Positions 1 through 10,618 of a stretch of 64,000 nucleotides of DNA are shown piece by piece. The stretch lies in contig JAXHNB010000002.1 in NCBI GenBank assembly GCA_034520945.1, positions 352,001-416,000 of the forward strand. Reading direction: 5' to 3'. Under the pieces are notes generated by a model. That model had not been told where the DNA came from. It searched no databases and was given only the letters and a program-made list of their open reading frames with translations. Position numbers and translations under genes: made by a program. The DNA comes from Trueperaceae bacterium. GTDB taxonomy: Bacteria; Deinococcota; Deinococci; Deinococcales; Trueperaceae. Numbering within the stretch: position 1 is the first letter of the stretch; each line of letters opens with the position of its first letter.

Positions 1-2
1 TG

Positions 3-2128
<2,126 letters not shown>

Positions 2129-2225
2129 GGGCCCCGTCCACCTGCGGCGCGGCGTGGACCGGCGGATCCGCGGTTCGTGACGAATCCGTCAGGAACCCGT
2201 GAGTGGCGGTCGGTAGACTGGCTTC

Positions 2226-2597
2226 ATGGACGATTCCCTCCTCGACCCCGGCGACACCGTGACGGCCCAGGGGCCGCGCGACGCGGCGCCGCATCGCCGT
2301 ACGGCACCGCGTCGCGCCCGCCGCGCCGAATTGCGGCGCGAGGTCGAGGGCGATGCGCGACGCGTGGCGCACCCGCGGGGCGTCGAAGTCGCGTCGGGGG
2401 AGCCGCGGCGGGCCTCCGACGTCGCCGTGCTGTGGTTCCGGGGCGAGCGCGCCTCGGTGCTCCGCACCGTCGGCGGATGGCGCCCCACGGCCCCCGTCGA
2501 GGTTCGGATCGCGCACGCCGGCATGCTTGGCGTCCGCTACGAACTGGCCCTGTACGTGGTGCCTTGCGCCACGGGATCCCGCACGGCCGCTGCCTAG
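2226..2597 (+). CDS. Hypothetical protein (123 aa)
   Basis: ORF with coding-like codon usage; TAGACT-N6-ATG leaderless start. Confidence 0.6.
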   Translation: MDDSLLDPGDTVTAQGPRDAAPHRRTAPRRARRAELRREVEGDARRVAHPRGVEVASGEPRRASDVAVLWFRGERASVLRTVGGWRPTAPVEVRIAHAGMLGVRYELALYVVPCATGSRTAAA

Positions 2598-2619
2598 CCG
2601 CGGCCGTTCGCATACCCAC

Positions 2620-2648
2620 TTGCATGTCCTGAATCCTTGCGCTAGGAT
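2620..2648 (+). promoter_or_regulatory. Sigma70-type promoter TTGCAT-N17-TAGGAT
   Basis: -35/-10 hexamers at 17-bp spacing upstream of a small transcription unit. Confidence 0.7.
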
Positions 2649-2692
2649 CGTGCCGCCGGTCGACGTGACGACCGCAGCGAGGAGGTGACCCG

Positions 2693-2806
2693 ATGATGCG
2701 AACCGACCCGAACACCTCGACCCCCATCCCGGGTCGCCCGCGGTGCGGGATGCCGCCGGCGGTGCGCGTCGAGCTTGGAGGGGACCCACTCGGGACCGGT
2801 TTCTGA
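2693..2806 (+). CDS. Candidate 37-aa small ORF (MMRTDPNTSTPIPGRPRCGMPPAVRVELGGDPLGTGF), or part of an sRNA
   Basis: AGGAGGTGA at 2680-2688, ATG at 2693, TGA at 2804; flanked by promoter and terminator. Confidence 0.35.
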   Translation: MMRTDPNTSTPIPGRPRCGMPPAVRVELGGDPLGTGF

Positions 2807-2828
2807 GGCCACGCCCGTGCCCGATTCG

Positions 2829-2860
2829 GATCCCCTCGGCGGCCCGCCGAGGGGATCTTC
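2829..2860 (+). terminator. Intrinsic terminator-like hairpin
   Basis: GATCCCCTCGGCG-GCC-CGCCGAGGGGATC 13-bp perfect stem followed by TTC. Confidence 0.7.
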
Positions 2861-2959
2861 ATGCCCGGTGCGTGGGCCACGGACGCCGCGCCATGGGCGC
2901 CCGTGTGCGCGGCGGCGAGAGGAATGAACGGTGCCGATGCATGATATGGAAAGAGAGAC

Positions 2960-2988
2960 TTGACAAAGACTCATATACCACCTATCAT
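2960..2988 (+). promoter_or_regulatory. Near-consensus sigma70 promoter TTGACA-N17-TATCAT
   Basis: Perfect -35, 5/6 -10 and 17-bp spacer in an AT-rich patch. Confidence 0.85.
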
Positions 2989-3010
2989 TCTCTTCGAGAA
3001 GGAGGGCGCG

Positions 3011-3142
3011 ATGATGCATCCGGACCAAATCTTTCGTGCCGCTCACGACCGAGCCGAGGATCTGCACCGCCGCAGCGCGTTCGACGCCGCTCGTGTTCCC
3101 ACCCTCGTCGGGGTCCCAGCTCAGGAAGAGAGTACGTCATGA
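3011..3142 (+). CDS. Small protein (43 aa), paralog of the downstream ORF
   Basis: AAGGAGG RBS; MMHPDQIFRAAHDRAEDLHRR; ATGA overlap with the next ORF. Confidence 0.6.
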   Translation: MMHPDQIFRAAHDRAEDLHRRSAFDAARVPTLVGVPAQEESTS

Positions 3143-3375
3143 ACCATCCACACGACATTCTGCGCGCCTCGCACGACCGCATGCACCGCCTACACCGGGA
3201 TGCCGCCACCCACCGCGCCCTGACCGACGCCCACGCCGCCGACCGGGAACACATGGCAGCCTCCGGGCTCCGAGCGAGCCTCGCGAGCCTCCTGCGCGCG
3301 CTGGCGGAACGTCTGGAACCCGGTCCCCCGGTAGGGCCCGGTCCGGGTCGGATGACGACCCCACCGGCGGCCTGA
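3139..3375 (+). CDS. Small His-rich protein (78 aa)
   Basis: MNHPHDILRASHDRMHRLHRD...LASLLRALAERLEP; translationally coupled to the upstream paralog. Confidence 0.7.
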   Translation: MNHPHDILRASHDRMHRLHRDAATHRALTDAHAADREHMAASGLRASLASLLRALAERLEPGPPVGPGPGRMTTPPAA

Positions 3376-3460
3376 CGACGGCCGGCCCGGGGCCCAGCTG
3401 ACGCGTTCGCCGGCGGCACGATCGCGTGCCGCCGGCGAACGCGTGCGTGCACGTTCCGGT

Positions 3461-4312
3461 TCAGCCCCGAGCGACCAGGGCCACGCCGACGGCCATGCCC
3501 GCCCCCGCCACCAGGCGACGGTAGCCTCCGGCCTCGCCCAACAGGCCCGTACCCAGCGCCACGGTCAACAGGATGCTGATCTCGCGCGCCGGCGCGACCA
3601 GGCTCACCGGGGCCAAGCGGAACGCCTCCAGCACCAGCAGGTACGCCAGCGGACTGAGCACCCCGACCATGATCATCGAGCGCCAGGCGCGACGCCACGT
3701 CACCGCGAGCGACCGGCGCCGGCGCCACGCCACGGGGGCGAGCAAGAGAGCACGCATCGTCTCCGACAGCCACGCGAACAGGATCGGCGCGATGCCGATC
3801 CGCGACACGGCGGTGGCGTCCCACAACGTGTAGCCGGCGATGAACACGCCCGTCGCGAGCCCCATGCCGAGCGCCCGCGCCGTGGGCCGTGACGCCCCGC
3901 CGGTCAGCGCGAAGGCCGACACCACCACCAACGCGGTCCCGCTCAGGGCCAGCAGGCTGGGCCGCTCGCCCAACAGGGCGATGGCCGCGACGGTCGCCAA
4001 CGCCGGGCCGGTGCCACGCGCCAGCGGGTACACGATGGAGAGGTCGCCGGCCCCGTAGCCCTTCTGCAGCGACACCATGTAGCCGATGTGCAGAAACGCA
4101 CTGCCCAGTAGGAACGCCCACGCGACCAGGCCCAGCTCGTGACCACCGGCGCGCCAGGTCCATGCCCCCCAGGGAAGCAGCGCGATCGCGCCGACGGTCG
4201 CGAAGGTCCAGGCCACCGCGCCGCCGTCTCCGCCGACGCCCTTGGCCAACAGGTTCCAGGTGGCGTGAATGCCCGCCGAGGCGAGCACCAGCGCCAACGC
4301 GATCGGCGTCAT
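3461..4312 (-). CDS. EamA/DMT family transporter
   Basis: About 10 TM helices; HATWNLLAK, DLSIVYPLARG, VAPARE. Confidence 0.9.
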   Translation of the reverse strand: MTPIALALVLASAGIHATWNLLAKGVGGDGGAVAWTFATVGAIALLPWGAWTWRAGGHELGLVAWAFLLGSAFLHIGYMVSLQKGYGAGDLSIVYPLARGTGPALATVAAIALLGERPSLLALSGTALVVVSAFALTGGASRPTARALGMGLATGVFIAGYTLWDATAVSRIGIAPILFAWLSETMRALLLAPVAWRRRRSLAVTWRRAWRSMIMVGVLSPLAYLLVLEAFRLAPVSLVAPAREISILLTVALGTGLLGEAGGYRRLVAGAGMAVGVALVARG

Positions 4313-4335
4313 GGTGGCTCAGGCCGCGGCGCGGG

Positions 4336-5283
4336 TCACGCCACGTAGGTGAGCCACGACTCGAAGCGGGCGTCCTTCCCCGTCACGGCGTCGAGGTACC
4401 AGCGCCGCATCTGCATCGCGAACGGCCCGGCGGTCCCGTCGCCGATCGGCCGCCGGTCGATCGCCGCGATCGGCGTCACCTCCGCCGCGGTGCCGACCAT
4501 GAACACCTCGTCCGCGGTATAGAGCTCGTCCCGCGTCGCCCAGGTCTCGCGCACCTCGATCCCTTGCGCCTCGGCGAGCCGCACCACCGAATCGCGGGTA
4601 ATGCCCCGAAGGTTGACCGAGTGCGCCACCGGGTACAGCACGTCCTCCCGGACCAAGAACAGGTTCTCGCCCGATCCTTCGGCCACGAAGCCGCTCGTGT
4701 CCAGCAACAGGGCCTCGTCGAAGCCGTTGTCGCGCGCCTCCTGGTTGGCCAGCACGCTGTTCACGTAGTTGCCGCCCGCCTTCGACTTGGTCGGCATCAC
4801 GTCCGCGGGGCTGCGTCGCCAGCTGGACGTCATCAACTGCGCCCCCTGCGCCACCGCGTCCTCGCCGAGGTAGGTCCCCCAACTCCAGGTCGCCACCATG
4901 AAGTGGACACGGTTGCGGGCCGGGCTGACGCCCAGCGACTCCGAGCCGTACCACAACAACGGCCGGATGTAGCACGAGGTGCGGCCGTTGGCGCGAACGG
5001 TCTCGGTGACCGCATGCACGATCTCGTCGAAGCTGGGCACGCCCGTGCGCATGCCCAGGATCTTGGCCGAATCCAACAGCCGCTGCACGTGCTCTTCGAG
5101 GCGGAACACGGCTGCGCCCGACTCCGTCTCGTACGCGCGAATCCCCTCGAATACGCTGGTGCCGTAATGCATCGCGTGCGTCAGCACGGAGACCTTGGCC
5201 TCCGCTTGCGGCACGAGCGCGCCGTCGAACCAGATCTTGCCCGCTTCGATGGCGGGGGCGGTGTGGGTGTCTTCACTAGCCAT
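4336..5283 (-). CDS. ilvE: Branched-chain amino acid aminotransferase
   Basis: HYGTSVFEGIRAY, KAGGNY, EGSGENLF, GITR, GTAAEVTP. Confidence 0.96.
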   Translation of the reverse strand: MASEDTHTAPAIEAGKIWFDGALVPQAEAKVSVLTHAMHYGTSVFEGIRAYETESGAAVFRLEEHVQRLLDSAKILGMRTGVPSFDEIVHAVTETVRANGRTSCYIRPLLWYGSESLGVSPARNRVHFMVATWSWGTYLGEDAVAQGAQLMTSSWRRSPADVMPTKSKAGGNYVNSVLANQEARDNGFDEALLLDTSGFVAEGSGENLFLVREDVLYPVAHSVNLRGITRDSVVRLAEAQGIEVRETWATRDELYTADEVFMVGTAAEVTPIAAIDRRPIGDGTAGPFAMQMRRWYLDAVTGKDARFESWLTYVA

Positions 5284-5384
5284 GGGCGTTGGTACCTCCC
5301 GAGAATCGTGTGACCACACCATACTTCTCCTCGCCGCCCAGGTCGACGTTGTGCGCCCGCGGCCGGGCGAGTACACTGCACGGG

Positions 5385-6365
5385 ATGCGTATCCTCGTCA
5401 CCGGCGGCGCCGGCTACATCGGCAGCGTCACGGCCGACGCCCTCGTGCGTCGCGGCCACGAGGTGACGGTGCTGGACGACCTTCGCAGCGGCCATCGCGA
5501 CGCCGTGCCGAGCGGCGCGACCTTCGCCCTCGCCGACGTGGCGGAGCGTGAGGCCGTCGGCCGCGTTCTGGAGGCATCGAGGGCCGACGCCGTGATGCAC
5601 TTCGCGGCCAGCTCGCTGGTGTCCGAGTCGATGGCGCGTCCGATGGCCTACTTCGCCAACAACACGGGCGCGTCGCTGGCGCTCTTGGACGCGATGGTCG
5701 AGCACGACGTCCGGCGGTTCGTGCTTTCCTCCACCGCGGCCGTGTACGGCACGCCCGATGCCGTGCCGATCCCCGAAGACGCACAGGTCCGCCCCGAGAG
5801 CGTGTACGGCGAATCGAAGGTGCTGGTCGAACGCACGCTGGCGTGGTTGGCCCGCACGGCCGGCCTGGGGTACGCCGCGCTGCGCTACTTCAACGCCGCA
5901 GGCGCCACCGAGGCCCTGGGCGAGGACCACCGGCCCGAGACGCATCTCGTTCCCTTGGTGCTGCAGGTCGCGCGGGGGGAGCGCGAGGCGCTTCAGCTGT
6001 TCGGCCGCGACTACCCCACGCCGGACGGGACCGCCGTACGGGACTACGTCCACGTGTCCGACCTGGCGCACGCCCACGTGCTGGCCATCGAGGCGCTCCG
6101 CCCCGGCGAGGCCCGCACCTACAACGTCGGCACGGGACGCGGGTTCAGCGTGCTGGAGGTGGTGGAGGCCTGCCGGGCGGTCACGGGCCTCGAGATCGAG
6201 GTCCGCGACGCGCCCCGCCGCGAGGGCGACCCGCCGCGCCTGGTGGCCGACGCACGCGCGATCCAGGAGGGGCTGGGATGGCGTGCCGAGATCCCCGATC
6301 TGCACGACATCGTCGCGTCGGCGTGGCGCTGGCACCGGTCTCACCCCGATGGGTACGCGACGTGA
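5385..6365 (+). CDS. galE: UDP-glucose 4-epimerase
   Basis: GGAGYIGS, YGESK, LRYFNAAGA, TPDGTAVRDYVHV. Confidence 0.96.
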   Translation: MRILVTGGAGYIGSVTADALVRRGHEVTVLDDLRSGHRDAVPSGATFALADVAEREAVGRVLEASRADAVMHFAASSLVSESMARPMAYFANNTGASLALLDAMVEHDVRRFVLSSTAAVYGTPDAVPIPEDAQVRPESVYGESKVLVERTLAWLARTAGLGYAALRYFNAAGATEALGEDHRPETHLVPLVLQVARGEREALQLFGRDYPTPDGTAVRDYVHVSDLAHAHVLAIEALRPGEARTYNVGTGRGFSVLEVVEACRAVTGLEIEVRDAPRREGDPPRLVADARAIQEGLGWRAEIPDLHDIVASAWRWHRSHPDGYAT

Positions 6366-6541
6366 TGGGAACCCCGCGGCGGTCCCCGGGACCGGCGCGG
6401 CCCCTCCGGCACACCGGTGGCTCACCGGCACGTGATATACCCTTGTCGAACCGACCCGAGGTCGGGTGCCCAGCCGGCGCGGGACGCGTCCTGGCGGGCT
6501 ACCCGCCTTTTCGGTACGTTGCCCCCCGTTTGGAGACCTTC

Positions 6542-7144
6542 ATGAAACGAGCGCTCACGATCCTGTTCGCCCTGATGCTGGGCTTCACCTTCGCGCAACG
6601 CTCGATCAGCCTCGCCGGCGTGATCGACAGCGAGGAAGGGCTCCCCGACGACACGCGTCTGTCGGTGCAGGTGCTGAACGCCGACGGAGCGTGGAGCTAC
6701 GAGGTCGACAGCGTCGCGCCCATCGGCGGAAGCTTCGAGCTCGAGGTCGGCGAGGTTCCGGCCGAGCACCTTCGCCCCTTCCGCTCCGGCGCCGTCCTGC
6801 TGCCGGGGCTCCAGAACGAGTACCGCGTGACGCCCGAAGACGCCAACTACGTGCAAGGCACGCTCGCGATGTACCTCGATGAGGACCAGGACGGCACCTG
6901 GACGCGCGAGCCCGAGCGCGACCCGTTCTTCTTGGCGTTGTCGCAGCTGGAACAGCCGATCGGGTTCTTCACGCTGATCTACGTCGACCAGGCCGCCACC
7001 ATGGAGGGGCGTGGCGAGGAGCTGGCGTTGGCGCAGGGCTGGAACGTATTCACGGTGCGCTTCCCCGAGAGCGGCCCCGCGTACGAGATTCGGGAGGCCG
7101 TGGACGACATCGCCCTCGAGGTGCTGGACCTGCTGCCCCGCTGA
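6542..7144 (+). CDS. Secreted hypothetical protein
   Basis: Signal peptide MKRALTILFALMLGFTFA; GGAG RBS. Confidence 0.8.
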   Translation: MKRALTILFALMLGFTFAQRSISLAGVIDSEEGLPDDTRLSVQVLNADGAWSYEVDSVAPIGGSFELEVGEVPAEHLRPFRSGAVLLPGLQNEYRVTPEDANYVQGTLAMYLDEDQDGTWTREPERDPFFLALSQLEQPIGFFTLIYVDQAATMEGRGEELALAQGWNVFTVRFPESGPAYEIREAVDDIALEVLDLLPR

Positions 7145-7207
7145 GCGAGGCGCAGAGACGAGGCGCGTCCGACCCCACCCCCCGCCCGTCGCTGATATAA
7201 CGGCCCC

Positions 7208-7675
7208 ATGAACGAGGTGGAGGGTTCCTTGAGGGGCGACGGGCTCCGCATCGCCATCGTGGCGAGCCGCTTCAACGACCTGATCACGAAACGACTCCTG
7301 GAGGGCGCACGAAGCGCCCTCCAGCGTCATGGCGTCGCCCATGAAGACGTCACGGTCGCCTGGGTGCCCGGCGCCGTCGAGATCCCGCTCGTCGCCACCC
7401 GATTGGCGCGCGAGGACGGGGTCGACGCGGTGATCGCGCTCGGCGCGGTGATCCGGGGCGCCACCGACCACTACGATCACGTCTGCGGCATGGTCGCGTC
7501 CGGCGTGGCGCGGGCGTCGGCCGATACCGGCGTGCCGGTGATCTTCGGCGTGCTGACGACCGATACGGTGGATCAGGCCCTCGAGCGGGCCGGCAGCAAG
7601 GCCGGCAACAAGGGGGCGGACGCCGCCGCGTCCGCGATCGAGATGGCGACGCTTTTGCGGGCGTTGCCGGGCTGA
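7208..7675 (+). CDS. ribH: 6,7-dimethyl-8-ribityllumazine synthase
   Basis: [31 protein letters not shown]. Confidence 0.97.
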   Translation: MNEVEGSLRGDGLRIAIVASRFNDLITKRLLEGARSALQRHGVAHEDVTVAWVPGAVEIPLVATRLAREDGVDAVIALGAVIRGATDHYDHVCGMVASGVARASADTGVPVIFGVLTTDTVDQALERAGSKAGNKGADAAASAIEMATLLRALPG

Positions 7676-7678
7676 ATC

Positions 7679-8479
7679 GTGAGCGCGACGCCGGCCCAAG
7701 ACGACGCCGCGCCGCGACCGGCCGACCGGCTGCGTCAAGGCGCGGTCCTGGTCGCGATCGCGGCGATGATCGCCATGAACGTCGCGGCCAACGCCCTACC
7801 GTTGGCCGGCCGTAGCACCGGCGAGGTGTCCGCCGCCTACCCGGTCCCCTTCACGCCCGCCGGGTACGTGTTCGCGATCTGGGCGCTGATCTACCTGGGA
7901 CTGATCGCCTTCGGCGTGTTCCAGGCGCTCCCTGGACGGGCCCGCGATCCGCGCCTGCGCGACGTGGCGCCCTGGGTCGTCCTCGGCTGCGCCGCCAACG
8001 TCGCCTGGCTGGTCGCCTGGCACACGCTGCGCATTCCCCTCAGCATGGCGCTGATGGTCGTCTTGCTGATCGCCTTGCTGGCGACGTACGAACGGCTGCA
8101 CCGAGGCCCCAGTGATCGCGCCACCGTGCTTTTGGCGCGGCTGCCGTTCGGGATCTACCTGGGGTGGATCACCGTCGCGACCGTGGCCAACGCCTCGGTG
8201 ACGTTGTGGCACTGGGGGTTCCGAGGCGGTCCGTGGGCGCCCGAGACCTGGGCGCTGATCATGGTCTTCGTGGCGACGGCGATCGGGGTCCGCGTCCTAC
8301 AGGCGCGCGGTGACGTGGCGTTCGCCTTGGTGTTGATCTGGGCCTTCGTCGGCATCGCGGTCGCCCGCGGGTTCCCCGGCCTGCTGCCGGGCGGCGCGCT
8401 GGTCGCCTCGGCGCTGTTGGCGGGCGGGATCGCCGGGCGGCTGGTGCGCGGCCGGGCGGACGCCGAAGGGCGGGCATGA
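7679..8479 (+). CDS. TspO/MBR-related tryptophan-rich membrane protein
   Basis: FTPAGYVFAIWALIY and PFGIYLGWITVA; multiple TM helices. Confidence 0.75.
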   Translation: MSATPAQDDAAPRPADRLRQGAVLVAIAAMIAMNVAANALPLAGRSTGEVSAAYPVPFTPAGYVFAIWALIYLGLIAFGVFQALPGRARDPRLRDVAPWVVLGCAANVAWLVAWHTLRIPLSMALMVVLLIALLATYERLHRGPSDRATVLLARLPFGIYLGWITVATVANASVTLWHWGFRGGPWAPETWALIMVFVATAIGVRVLQARGDVAFALVLIWAFVGIAVARGFPGLLPGGALVASALLAGGIAGRLVRGRADAEGRA

Positions 8480-8862
8480 GCGAAGGAAACGACCGCATCT
8501 GGACCGATCGCGAGATCGTGCTGGAGATGTTCCCTGCCACCCCGGAGCCGTTGGTGCCCAAGCCGCTCCAGTTCACCGTCGAGGACGAAGGCGACGGCCA
8601 GGCGCGGGTCCTGGATCGCGAAGGCTTCGTGGTGCTGCGGCTGGTGCCCATCACGCCGGCGGGGAACCCCACCGGCGAGCTGTGCTGCGACCTGTGTCAC
8701 CGCTCCGGCACCCGGCGCTTCCTGGGCCTGTACCGGGCCGAGATGCCCGGCTCCAACGGTCGTCGCTTCCGCTACCTGAGCGCCTGCCGTGACCACCAGG
8801 CGTGCGAGACGCGGCGGCTGGACGACGGCGCCCTGCATGTCCTGTTGGCGTCCGACGCCTGA
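8476..8862 (+). CDS. FusB/FBP C-terminal-like treble-clef zinc finger protein
   Basis: CDLC...NGRRFRYLSAC-x5-C four-Cys pattern; ATGA overlap. Confidence 0.55.
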   Translation: MSEGNDRIWTDREIVLEMFPATPEPLVPKPLQFTVEDEGDGQARVLDREGFVVLRLVPITPAGNPTGELCCDLCHRSGTRRFLGLYRAEMPGSNGRRFRYLSACRDHQACETRRLDDGALHVLLASDA

Positions 8863-8895
8863 CCCGGCGCCGCCGGCCGCGCGTACACTGAGGGC

Positions 8896-10071
8896 ATGAG
8901 CCCAGGTCGCTTCGCCTCCGCGCGGGCGCGCGCCATGCCGGCCAGCGTGTTCGCCACCATGGACGACGCCAAGTCCGACGCCCGCCGGCGCGGCCTCGAG
9001 GTGGTCGACCTCTCGATCGGCTCCTCCGACCTGCCGCCACCGCAAGGCGCCTTGGCGCGGGTCCGTGAGGCCGCGGACGACCCGGACACCTACGGCTACT
9101 GCCTTCAGGCCGGGACCCGGCCGCTGCGGGAGGCGGCCTGCGACTGGTACCAAGGTCGCTACGGCTGGCGGCCGGATCCGGACCGGGAGGCGCTGCCGCT
9201 GATCGGCGCGCAGGAGGGGTTCGCCAACCTCCTGCTCGCGACCTGTGACGCGGGCGACACCGTGCTGCTGCCCGAACCCGCCTACCCGAGCTACTTCGGA
9301 GCGGTGGCGCTGGCGGGCCTCGACGTGGTCACCATGCCGCTGTTGGCCCAGAACGCGTTCCTGCCCGACCTGGACCAGGTCCCGAACGAGGCGGCCGCGC
9401 GGGCCCGCGTCATGGTGGCGTGCTACCCCAACAACCCCACCGCCGGCACGGCCACGCCCGCGTTCTTCGAAGAAGCGGTCGCGTTCTGCGCGCACCACGA
9501 CCTGCTCCTGGTGCACGACTTCCCCTACGTCGACCTCGACTTCTCCCAGGCGGGCGCCCCCTCGGCGTTCGACGCCCCCAATGGGCGCGACCGTGTCGTC
9601 GAACTGTACTCGTTCAGCAAGAGCTTCCACATGGCCGGCTTCCGCATCGGCTTCGCCCTCGGTGCGGTCGACGCCATCGCCGCCCTCGCCCGCGTCAAGG
9701 GCGCGATCGACTTCCACGCCTGGTTGGGCATCCAACGCGCCGCCGTCGCCGCGTTGCGCACCCCCCGCAGCCGCGTGCAGGCGCACGCCGACATCTACCG
9801 CGAGCGCCGGGATGCGCTGGTGGACGAGCTGAACCGGGCCGGCATGCCGACCCAGCGCCCCGACGCCACCATGTACGTGTGGACCCGCCTTCCGGGCGAC
9901 CAGGTCGACTCGTACGCCTTCGCCGCCCGGCTGGTGCGCCAGACCGGCGTCGCGGTGGCGCCGGGACGCGCCTTCGGGCCCAGCGGCGAGGGCTGGATCC
10001 GCCTGGCGCTGGTGCGCGAGCCAGGCGTGCTCAGGGCGGCGGCGCGGCAGGTGGCGACGCACCTGGACTGA
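8896..10071 (+). CDS. Class I/II PLP aminotransferase (DapL/MtnE-like)
   Basis: YPNNPT, HDFPY, SFSKSFHMAGFRIG. Confidence 0.9.
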   Translation: MSPGRFASARARAMPASVFATMDDAKSDARRRGLEVVDLSIGSSDLPPPQGALARVREAADDPDTYGYCLQAGTRPLREAACDWYQGRYGWRPDPDREALPLIGAQEGFANLLLATCDAGDTVLLPEPAYPSYFGAVALAGLDVVTMPLLAQNAFLPDLDQVPNEAAARARVMVACYPNNPTAGTATPAFFEEAVAFCAHHDLLLVHDFPYVDLDFSQAGAPSAFDAPNGRDRVVELYSFSKSFHMAGFRIGFALGAVDAIAALARVKGAIDFHAWLGIQRAAVAALRTPRSRVQAHADIYRERRDALVDELNRAGMPTQRPDATMYVWTRLPGDQVDSYAFAARLVRQTGVAVAPGRAFGPSGEGWIRLALVREPGVLRAAARQVATHLD

Positions 10072-10618
10072 CGCGCCGGCGCGGAGGGCGGCGTCGCCCC
10101 CCGCGGCCCAACAGCAGGCCGGTCGCGTTCACGATCAGGTGCGCCACGATCGCGGGCAGCAGGCGTCCCGTCGCCAGCACCAGGGCGCCGAACGCCAGGC
10201 CCGCCAGGGCCGCGAACACGGGGTAACTCCAGCCGCGACGCCCCAGCGGATGCAGCGCGCCGAACAGCACGGCCTGCACGACGAGGCCGAGGTGGGCCAG
10301 CAGCATGCCGCGGAACAGCAGTTCCTCGCCCAGCGACGTGGCCAGCGCCAGGGACGCCGCCATGGGGCGCGATGGCGCCAAGCGCGCCAGCGCTCGCTCC
10401 ATCACGCGCGACGCCCACCGGAACGACGGCAGGACGCGCTCGAGCCCCGCCGCCGCCGCCAGCAGCGCCAAGCCGGTGGCGGCGCCCAGCGCCAGGGAGG
10501 GGAGCAGCGGCATGCGCGGCGTCAGCGTCGGCGGCGCCAACGACCACCATACGGCCGCCACCACGCCGCCCAGCAGGCTCGGCGCGAACGCCAGCAGCGT
10601 CCAGGCCTGCCGGGTCAC
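10031..10618 (-). CDS. CPBP (CAAX/Abi) intramembrane protease
   Basis: EELLFRG, FGALH, AHLIVN; GTG start overlaps upstream stop. Confidence 0.85.
   Translation of the reverse strand: MTRQAWTLLAFAPSLLGGVVAAVWWSLAPPTLTPRMPLLPSLALGAATGLALLAAAAGLERVLPSFRWASRVMERALARLAPSRPMAASLALATSLGEELLFRGMLLAHLGLVVQAVLFGALHPLGRRGWSYPVFAALAGLAFGALVLATGRLLPAIVAHLIVNATGLLLGRGGRRRPPRRRVSPGASPPAAPPP

Noticed and set aside
10031..10071. 41-nt convergent overlap of the aminotransferase and CPBP genes
   Set aside because: Short 3' overlaps are common in high-GC genomes, and the tail is low-complexity
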